A stretch of DNA of 64,000 nucleotides from Chrysomallon squamiferum. Lineage: Eukaryota; Animalia; Mollusca. The notes under the pieces are model-generated. The model worked only from the letters and a program-made list of their open reading frames with translations, was not told the DNA's origin and did not search any database. Below, piece after piece: positions 54,225 through 64,000 of the stretch. The stretch lies in contig CM022665.1 in the NCBI GenBank assembly GCA_012295275.1, positions 7,378,001-7,442,000 of the forward strand. The letters run 5' to 3'. Every line of letters starts with the position of its first letter. The first letter of the stretch is position 1. The position numbers and the translations under genes were made by a program.

Positions 54225-54740
54225 GAACGTTTCAAACTTAAACGGTTAGGACGGGGTATACGTATCTCAGTTTAGCAAAAGAAAATGACTTCTTTGATAT
54301 TCTCTAATGAATTTGTAATTTATTTTCCACGTCCTGTTATCCTCCTTCTTTCATTCATAAATCTTACATTCGTCATAAAAACACTTTCTGGACGATACAC
54401 ATTTATTTATTTCTTGTTGTTGTTTGTTTGTTTGTTAAAATTTATTTTAAAAATTATTTTTTTATTTTATGTACGGATGAACCCAAATACAATTAATTAC
54501 ATAAAATATGTGTCAGGCCTATTTGTTTGCTGGATAACACAAAATTGACTCGTTCGCACAAAAACAACAATCACTATTATTACTACTACTTTTATTATTA
54601 TTATTATTATTATACATTTCAGTAATAATTACATGCTAACGAGACAGCTATTTACTATTATTATATTATTACTATGAATATTATTACTATTATTACTATT
54701 ATTATTACTGTTGTTATTACTATTATTATTATTATTACTA

Positions 54741-54795
<55 letters not shown>

Positions 54796-55091
54796 ACATT
54801 TCAGTAATAATTACATGCTAACTAGACAGCTATTAAAAAAAAAAAAAAAAAAAAAATGGCTCCAAAGAGTAGTCATAAAATTCGTGTTTTATTAATTCTA
54901 GTACACTAGTTCATATTTAGCGATATTGTCTTCTGAGTATACCATTAAATATGTTATGCTCTAATCGTCATTTATCTTTATTATATTCCAGACAAATTCT
55001 GTGTCATTGTTCAGAAACACGTTGTAATATAATTATTTGCTTACCACAAATATATTAAATTATTTATTCCCTCTTATTTTCATTTTCAGCT

Positions 55092-55149
<58 letters not shown>

Positions 55150-56380
55150 CGCTGGATAAAACGTTTATGTTGCATAAAAAAGACTCAGTAAATAAATAAT
55201 ACAAATGTCTATGAAAATAAACAAATAAATTGTTTACTAGAATATCTATACCAAGATAGAGGTGCAGAATGGTTTCAAAGCGACACAAACAATCTGATAT
55301 ACATATGCAGTGCTTGTAATTATTAGAAAGTGATTAACATTATTGCTAACAGTATAATATGGTGGGAATAACACGCAATACGCTGATATGTAATTTTATT
55401 TCTTCTTTTTATTATTATTGATAAACCAGTGGAATCCTATTCTGCGTTAATAGTCTAGATCGATATTACACTAATAAAATAAAGATATTTATACATATTG
55501 TGTATAACCACATTTAATAAATACCTGTCCTCCCATTTTACAATTTTTCAGACATCTGTTAGGCTATAACTATTGTTTTTCTTTAGCAATATCGCAAACA
55601 AAAATGTTTATAATTATGATATATGTAAGATTATGAACTGCAGTTTTTTATTATTTGCGATGCTGTAATCAAGTTATCTTGAATTACGTATTTCCATGAT
55701 TAATTACCAATAATGTATTTATTTAATACGCTTTGCCGAGTCACTGCAGCCGTCAATATAATTATACATGTATTAGGATTAACAACATCAGTTCAGCGCA
55801 CTGGCAACAGCAGCATGATGTTAGAGGATGTCCGGTGCGACGGTAGTAAAGGTACTACTATATATTTGATACCAGTAATACTTCATGAATATTCAGATAA
55901 TTGTTGGCAACACGTCCGGCGCGACCGGTAAGGTTCACGTGACATAGCTCTGACCATATTAAGAAACGCGGAAAAAACTAATTTTCCATGGGTCAGTATC
56001 ATCCATGTTTTGTTTTTTTCAGTCGATATCTTGGATACATAGAAGACGCTAACGATCTCCTCCGTCGGATTTGTTATGCTACAACAACTTCATATTCAGT
56101 GTCTAGAACAAACAAGAGTTTCTAAACTTTCTCTGAACGATCATGATATATGAAAATGTTGTTTGCGTTTTGTCACTTTGTTTTGAAAGTAATTAATAAG
56201 AGTAACAAAATAATCAAAAATGTTAAATTTAAAAAAGAAGAAAAAAGAATGAAAAGGGAAGTGTACGTATATTGATTGAACCCCATAACTTCTGACCTTC
56301 TTTGTTCGGTCCAGATGAATCGATGAAGATCAATCTAGTCGTGGTTGATAGATGTTAGATTCCCTAAGACCCTCGTAAAG

Positions 56381-56651
56381 TAAACTCCGGAGTGATAGAT
56401 TTTACGGGCTCTTGTTTCGCAAAATGATCGTATATTTTTTTTAAATATTTTTTTTCGTGTGCTCAAACGTGCTACGGTATACATACATAAAACCCTTATC
56501 GGATATCGCTAGTTTAACTAATAAACTCCGGAGTGATAGATTTTACGGGCTCTTGTTTCGCAAAATGATCGTATATAAAAAAAAAAAAAAAATTAGTTTA
56601 CTAAAACGTGCTACGGTATGCATACATAAAACCCTTATCGGATATTGCTAG
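56381..56651 (+). repeat. Direct tandem duplication of about 130-140 bp
   Basis: taaactccggagtgatagattttacgggctcttgtttcgcaaaatgatcgtatat...aaacccttatcggatatYgctag starts at 56381 and again at 56522. Confidence 0.9.
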
Positions 56652-56924
56652 AGCTAAGCCGACTCGGGTAGTAACCTGCCCGAGACAGATATATATTTAC
56701 GAGTATTGTAATTAACCAGTGCATTGTTTTAAAGATGGACGAAAAGTTCATCATTGACAGTTCTTGTTCTTTATCTTAATAGGGGAATGATTTGCAAGTG
56801 AATTTATTCATGCACTAGACTTATGGCTGTATTATTATTATTTCTATATCTTCGTGAACCTCTCCAGCTTGAATTTCTAGGCCTAGGTTTTGTTGAAATG
56901 TAGGCTCTTATGCATGCATGTAGG

Positions 56925-56990
56925 TAGGGCCGGCGCTACAATATAGGCAAACCAGGCAGCCGTCTAGGGCGCTGATTTCAGAGGGAGCAT
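56925..56990 (+). mobile_element. Terminal fragment of a hAT-like MITE
   Basis: AGGGCCGGCGCTAC...TAGGCAAACCAGGCAGCCGTCTAGGGCGC resembles hAT termini; the partner end was not found. Confidence 0.45.
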
Positions 56991-57554
56991 TTCTCCAAAT
57001 CAGCAACAGTTTTGAAAAATAAATAAGAGTCGTTTTGTATCTTGGTTTATTTCATACAGGGACAAATAACTGGGTATATTCAGACTAACCGAAACAAACA
57101 AAATGAGTGTATAAAAATCAGGACGTGATCATGTTCGCATGTTTTTCCGTAGAATCACGTGCATCCGAAACCTTCAATCGATTTATGCTTCCTTACCTTT
57201 TCCGAGCTAAGCTGAATTTTCGATGTTGTGTTGTATATTACACTTCCTTGTAGTCATAACCCTTATATATCTATAAACCATTCGTGAATCATTGTTATAA
57301 TTTATTGGTAATGAATACATTATTAGTTAAATATAAAGCATATGATCGGAAGCATTAATTAAATATAAAGTATATGATAAAATTTACACGTTCTCGCTTG
57401 ATGTTCCTTACTCTGAAACGAACCATCAGTATTATATAAACGACTGCTTTCTACTTTCGTTTTCAAATTCCACGAATCTGTTTAGTTACAGCAGATAATC
57501 ATTGTAAAAGCTTTATAAGACATTTTTTCTAATAAGTTAAATATTATATCAGTA

Positions 57555-58600
57555 TGGTCGTGAACACTGTTCACAATATTGTCATGTCTTTCGTTAAAGT
57601 ATTTTAAAGTCCCAGAATACTGTTCACAGTAAAGTCATGTCTTAAGTTAACAGTATTTTTTAGTCCAGGAATACTGGAGACATTGGTCATACTATACCGT
57701 GTTTAAAATAATGTGGAGTACAATTTTCAGTCCACATATCCAATTAACAAAACAGTAGAATATTAGTAAAAAAAATTAATAATTATTTTATTATTCCTGT
57801 CCTTCCACCCACAAATGAAATAAACATACTATTCATGTAGTTTACAACAAACAAATGTTAGTGTGTGTGTGTCTCGCATACATATATTTATAAATATTTT
57901 AACTATATGACTTCAATCCATATATTTCGATAACAAAACAAACCAAGATGTTAATATAATTTTCTTTACATCTGTCTAATTACTAATAAGATAACCTATG
58001 GTATTAATACATCAGCTGCTGTGAATTAAACACAGGTCTGCCTACATCATCTTTGTTTGCTAAAAAGTAATTAACAAAAATTAATGATGTACTAGCTACC
58101 AATGGAAAGGTTAAAACTAACATCTCTTATAACTGCAGATGACAAAAAGAAGTTTCCTTGTTGTACAGACTCTTGTTATGTTGTATGTTAGCAATATTTT
58201 TAATACTGAAATACTGTACACAGTATGGTCATGTCTTTTGTTAAGTGTTTTTTAAACTAAAGCGACATTGATCGTACTTTGTTTAAAATACCGTGGCCAT
58301 GTCTTTTTTACAAGATTTTTGATACAGAAATAGTAATCACATACTGTAGAGACACTGTGGCATTAATATTTTGTTTGCTGTAGAAACAGTGTAGTAATGT
58401 CTTTTTAGTATTGAAATACTATTGAGAATTTTTATTTTTTTTAAGAAGTAGTACTGAAATACAACATATACAGTGGTCATGTTTTGTTTTGTTTAATAGA
58501 AATAGTACAGAAATAACGTAATTTGTTTACAAGATATTTTAGTACTGAAATACTGTAGAGACACGATCATAATCTCTTATTTACAAAACATTTAGTACTC
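57555..58600. repeat. Degenerate tandem repeat clusters (aatactg...ggtcatgtctt...ttttagtact)
   Basis: Recurrent units at 57555-57710 and 58200-58600. Confidence 0.55.
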
Positions 58601-61170
58601 AGATAATTCTAAAGTTAGGCAGGATCACTTTATCATTAATTATTATTATTATATATATATTTAAAAAAAATGTTTTAACAAATTCTAAGGCTAGAGCAGA
58701 GGAGAATTTCTCTTAGGTGATTCACATGGGTCACCTCAAGTTCATACCATATATCGGTGTAAACTGCCATGTAGAAAAAGTGAGGTTCACAACACAATTC
58801 ATTCGGTTATGTAAAGGTATATTTTTATTAATTCAGTGTATACAATTGATAACACAAATGGAAGATAGCTAATGTCAAATGCATGTTATAAAGTTGGTCA
58901 TGAGTAAACCAAAAATTATAACCCGCATTAAAATTCTTAATACAGACATTAGCATCTGTTGTAATTCAGACATTAAACTTATTGTTTTAGTTGAAGATAT
59001 CACATATGTGGAAAGTACATACAAGTCAGTACTTGATATTAGAACTCAAGAATATACGTGATTCTGCAGCAGTGATAACTGTTAATCAAAGAAATTATCA
59101 CAGATCACAGGATATGATTTCTGCCAAAGACTGTAAAAGTATATTCATAGTTCTTTGTTTTCTGTATACATAAACAGAGTAAAATACCAAACTCATATGA
59201 CTACTCCAGTGATACTGTTGATATTTAAATCATATGGTGTTTACACTGTAGTGATATAGTATCTAGATCAGCTATGAGGTATGTCATACTGTTAAGCACA
59301 TTCATACACGATGTTTTATATTATCTCTATAACATACTGAATAAAATACCTCAATGATATGGTATCTATTACAGTATTAAATATATTTGTACATGATCTG
59401 TTGTATGTTATCTTTCATTACTTTTTTATTTTTTATTAATAAATTCTTACTTATAAGCACATAAATAACAGCTTCATTTTTATTGCAGATCTCATTAAAG
59501 TTTCCTGTAAGAAATGTGTATTAAAAGGAATAAATAAAGAGATATTTAGATCAGCCCATATCAAAAACAAATTAGTTTAACATGATCAGTGTTTCTGAAA
59601 GTGACTTCTGCACAAGCTATCATTTTCAGAAAAATAAACCATTTATATTCAGATGTTATAGATTAAAACTTTAAAAATCTAAATTCCATTCCCTCTGTGT
59701 TTTGTTACTTTTTGAGAATACATCCATTAAATGTGATAAAATATACCCAAAATAATAAGAAAAACCCCAATGAATTTATAAAATAAATTTCATTTAAAAG
59801 GCTTCTGTGACAACTCAGTCAATTATTCTTGCACCTTTTCCTCATCTGTAGAGCATTTTGATGTGTGAGAGATTGGCACGACATCATACATTAACCCCAC
59901 TACATTCTGAAAAATAATTCATTTCAGTTAATATGTAATATCAACCTTCTGGTATCAGCATATAATGTCTAAAAATCCATGTGTTTACAAATTATTACTT
60001 TATTGCTATATGAACATGTTTATGTTATAAGACCATGAATTTAAAGTTTCACCAAAGTTTGCCTCCAAGTCCTTTGAATCCAATGTATGTTGGATTTTTT
60101 TTTCTTCCCCACATTGCTGATATCTGTCATTTAAATTAGAAACAGCTAATTACATATCAAATCTGGAACATATAGGTTAAATTAAATGCATGAATACATA
60201 AATTTGTTTGGAATCAACATTTCCTGTTATGCACCGAATACTGCAGCAGTCTTTAACTGTACCTTTCAGAAAAGTAAAATTCATGTTTATTTAGCAATAT
60301 ATTAAAATATAAATATGAAACAGAATCTCCCATGTCAAACCGGTAAAATATTATTATGATAATTGTTAATATTTATTTAACACAGTAATAAATCAGGAAA
60401 TACATGTTTGTAACAATTTAGCTGGTTATTTCACGACATTATTCTGTTTTGCTGACAAGATTTAACGCTTATGCTATGATGATGTGGATGGACAATATGT
60501 AATCATACCCGATGATGTTAATGTTGCTACTGGAGTTCTTGTTGGTCTTCTCTTGTCTGTGCATAATGGGAGTACTAGAAATTTAAAATGCAAAACAGAC
60601 TATTAAGGATCATTGTTCATTTGGCTGTAAAATCTGTAGTCTATGATTTATGTCAAAATTTTATTAAACTTTTCAATTTTTAGTGAGATATAAATTTACT
60701 TACACTCGATTACAAACAGATTTATTGTGCAGATTCTAATAAGATAATATCGATGTAGTTAGAAATTAAATTCTTCAACAACAATAAATCATTACATGCA
60801 TCAACATCTACTAAACAATACTTCAGCGAAATTCTCAAAAACATTATTTATGAAACATTTTTGTTATGAATATTCATTAGCATCTTTACTTCCGTCGCAT
60901 TGGACGAGTTATGATTGTTTTGCTCTAGCTGGCAACAGGGTTATATAACCTGTCGGTTAACTAATCGCATTATATTACGTAGCTATTTCAGCGTCTTAAT
61001 TAATCTGACCAACCACCGCCAATAATCACAGCCAGTTTCATACCAAATTACATAAACTATAAATGCAATATATGCTGTATTACATGAACAAATAATTATA
61101 AAGTTCTAAGAAGCTGAAATTAAACTTTACATACCACCGTTTACGTGATTACTTCCCTTTTTGTTTATCA

Positions 61171-63774
61171 ATGGCGACTGACGTGACTGGATTGGATGGT
61201 TTGCACGAAACCTCCTATGTATTCGTCCGAGTGCTTGGTAGAGGTGCTTTTGGCGAAGCCGTTCTCTATAGAAAAACTGAGGTTACTAATTTATCTATAG
61301 CTGACATACAGCAATAATCAAATCATTATATGATGCACATTTAATTTATAATTTTATTTTGAAATTACACTCTTTCAGTTTATTTGCATTAAAGTAGAAA
61401 CGATTCCATCGCCTATAATATACACCGTAATCATACGAAAAGTGTATATAATTAATATTAATATTATTCAGTTATTAGACAAACAGCAAATAATTCGAGT
61501 ACGAAATAATAAGTGTAATGCTTGATGTTAATGAACTAAAGGTTGCCTCCAAGAGCTGTTTGATCATGAGACTGTAAAAGTATGAAGAAATGAAATCCCA
61601 TATTAAATCTCTCTATAGACCTCCCAAACAAACTGATGACTATTACCTGCTATTCCATCATGAACAAGTCATCATTTTCTGATTAAGTACTGAACACAAC
61701 AGGTTGAACCAGCATATGCATAAGAGATTCTGGCTGGTATCTTCTTCCATGTGCTGCTGTGGAGAAGCAGAACAGATGACTGAACATATTCAAAATTGCA
61801 TGAACCTGCAGCAGCCGAGGGAGACTGCCTGGCCAACTACAACAACTCTTCAGAAGAAGCTGTATGTCACAAGAAGTGATCTACAGAGATCAGTACTGTT
61901 TATAGTCACTGCTGGCCTTGATGTGTAGTCAAAAAGTGAATTAAAAAAAATAAATAATAATAATAATAATTAAAAAGGAAAAAGACAACATCATTTGTAT
62001 TTATTTACATTGGTTTCAAGAAAACAAAAACTAGTTGTTTGTTTTATTATTTCAGGATAACAGTTTGGTTGTTTGGAAAGAAATCAATTTGACTAGACTG
62101 AATGAACACGAAAGACAGGATTCTCAAACAGAAATAGATGTTTTGTCTTTACTGAATCATGCAAATGTTATTTCTTACTACAACCATTTCACTGAAGAAG
62201 ACACACTCTTTATTGAAATGGAATATGCAAATGGTAATACATATGTACATACATACAATATGGGATTAATCTCTACTGTTTCAGTCATATTAACAACTTT
62301 CCTATCATTCTGAAAACTGAGACTTTCTTGTAGTTTTGGTCATCGTCAAACCAATAAATGGTTGAAAGCATCAAGACATGAAATATGTTCCAAAGGAAGA
62401 TAATTAGTAAACCATTTTTGGACTTTAATGCAAAATTTAAAAAAATAATAAAGATAAAATCTGAATAATAAATGTCAGATGTTTTCTTCTCTCTGATATA
62501 GAAGTAATTAGATGTACACATGTATACTTTATTTGATAATTCAGTCCATTATTTAAATTTTTTAGTCATTCTAAAATCAATGTCTTATTTTTTTAACATT
62601 AAAAACTCAGTGAAATATTATTTCAAAGATTACATCATTCTCAAGTGATTGAAAGAACCAGATCATCAAAAAGAAAAAAATTTGTGAAACGATCTTAATG
62701 ATTTCAAGGAAGTAACTCTACTCTATAAAAATGCAATTAGTAAACAAAATTGACTTCATGTATTGGTGTTTAAATTTTTCTAATACTTGCAAATTACCTC
62801 CATTGTTTGTCAGGTGGAACACTCTATGATAAAATTGTTCGACAGAATGAGCTGTTTTCAGAAGAGGTGAGTACAAATTTGAACATGTCTCAGATTTACC
62901 TTTATGGTATGTGTCTAAAACAAACAACCAAAAAAACTGTGGATTTTCAGACATGTTGCTAGGTTATGGCATCTTATATCAAAATTAGTTATCATATTTT
63001 CCACTAGATGAAAGGTTACTGAAACATTGTTATCCTTTTCACTTGTTCAATTTTATCTTTATTTTTTAATTATATGTTTTCTTTTTTTTTTTTTTGTAAT
63101 TTAATAAAATAAAATATATTGAAATTTATTTATTTCATTTCATAGTATAGACTGAGTAGTTCACATTGCTTCCTGATTGTAAAAGAAAAAAAAAAAAATT
63201 TTTTTTTTTTTTAAAAAATAAGTTAACTCTAAACATTGGAGTTGATTTAATTTTTGTTATTAAATAACAACTGCAGTAATTCTTAGATCATCTTTTATGT
63301 TGCCATTAGTGAATGTAAACATTATTTTACAGGTTGTCAAGTGGTATTTGTTCCAGCTGACATCAGCCTTGGCTCATATACATCAGTATGGAATTATTCA
63401 CAGGTAAATAATTGATAATAATAATACTTATTCAGATGTATATCATCTATTAATTGAGAATTATCATAGAAACTTCATTTATAAACATAAAAAAAAAAAA
63501 GTCTGCTTAAACAGTTTACTCTCATTACATAAATTTTAGCTGAAATATATTGTTTGATTACTGCACAATTATTGTATTATTTTAATTCTTTATGTATATA
63601 TAATTAAAAATAAACCAATAATGTTTATATGTACAACTTTTTTTTTTTTTTTTTTTTTTTTTTCTATCCAGGGATATTAAGACTATGAATGTCTTTCTTA
63701 CTAAGATGGATTTGCTGAAACTTGGAGATTTTGGCATCTGCAAGAAGCTGGAGACTGGTGCTCAGGCTCAGTCT
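61171..63774 (+). CDS. NEK9: Serine/threonine kinase NEK9, 5' exons; gene continues beyond the window
   Basis: Exons 61171-61281, 62056-62233, 62814-62866, 63333-63403 and 63672-63774, all GT-AG and in frame: [27 protein letters not shown]...YYNHF...[14 protein letters not shown]...WYLFQ...[13 protein letters not shown]...KLGDFG. The LVVWKE and YYNHF motifs are characteristic of NEK9. Confidence 0.93.
61525..61972 (+). mobile_element. 5'-truncated degenerate LINE 3' end (I/Nimb-like zinc knuckle) in NEK9 intron 1
   Basis: Translates as [13 protein letters not shown]...[18 protein letters not shown]...[16 protein letters not shown]...WP...LQKKLY. This is a decayed RLRTGH + CxC-x8-H-x3/4-C motif with an internal stop, followed by an A/(TAA)n tail. 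Confidence 0.75.
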
Positions 63775-64000
63775 GTAAGTTTCTGTTACCATGACAGGTG
63801 CATCAAATTTGTTTTGATGTATATGGGAAGATTAGAAATATGATACTATTTATGGCTACTGGGGAATAATTGAAAGGTGTTTTAGAACATTAAAATACCA
63901 TCAGTTTACTGATGCATTAACAAATACATTACTTCCATTCTTGGAAAATCTCTGACTTTTTTTGGAAATATTTTGTGGATTAATAAATATGTGTTTCTGT

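Noticed and set aside
54614-54835. 38-bp direct repeat flanking an (ATT)n tract
   Set aside because: Most simply explained by slippage next to a microsatellite; no element lies between the copies.
38224-63774. Functional Hedgehog/cilium cluster of dispatched, the ParB-like gene and NEK9
   Set aside because: Adjacency alone is not evidence of shared function in an animal genome, and no synteny data are available here.

Overview
This is AT-rich, microsatellite-dense animal genomic DNA with spliceosomal introns; a mollusc (gastropod) is inferred from gene content and repeat types. Manual splicing gives five frame-consistent protein-coding genes. Two are tandem 12-exon secreted GH10 endo-xylanase/cellulase genes with an N-terminal CBM (minus strand, 2532-8544 and 13777-19662, 561 aa each). 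The third is a Dispatched (RND/SSD family) gene on the plus strand (about 38224-47104). The fourth is an unnamed minus-strand gene (52882-53740) encoding a ParB/Sulfiredoxin-like domain plus a C-terminal transmembrane anchor on an exon whose reading frame the ORF track does not show. The fifth is the 5' kinase exons of NEK9 (61171 onward). There is also a candidate spliced micro-ORF at the window start, several MITEs, a LINE remnant, a CTCF-like motif and tandem repeats. The most notable points are the tail-anchored ParB/Srx-like protein and the mosaic homogenisation of the GH10 pair, in which the catalytic exons are near-identical while the CBM exons have diverged. All homology calls come from motif recognition, not database searches.
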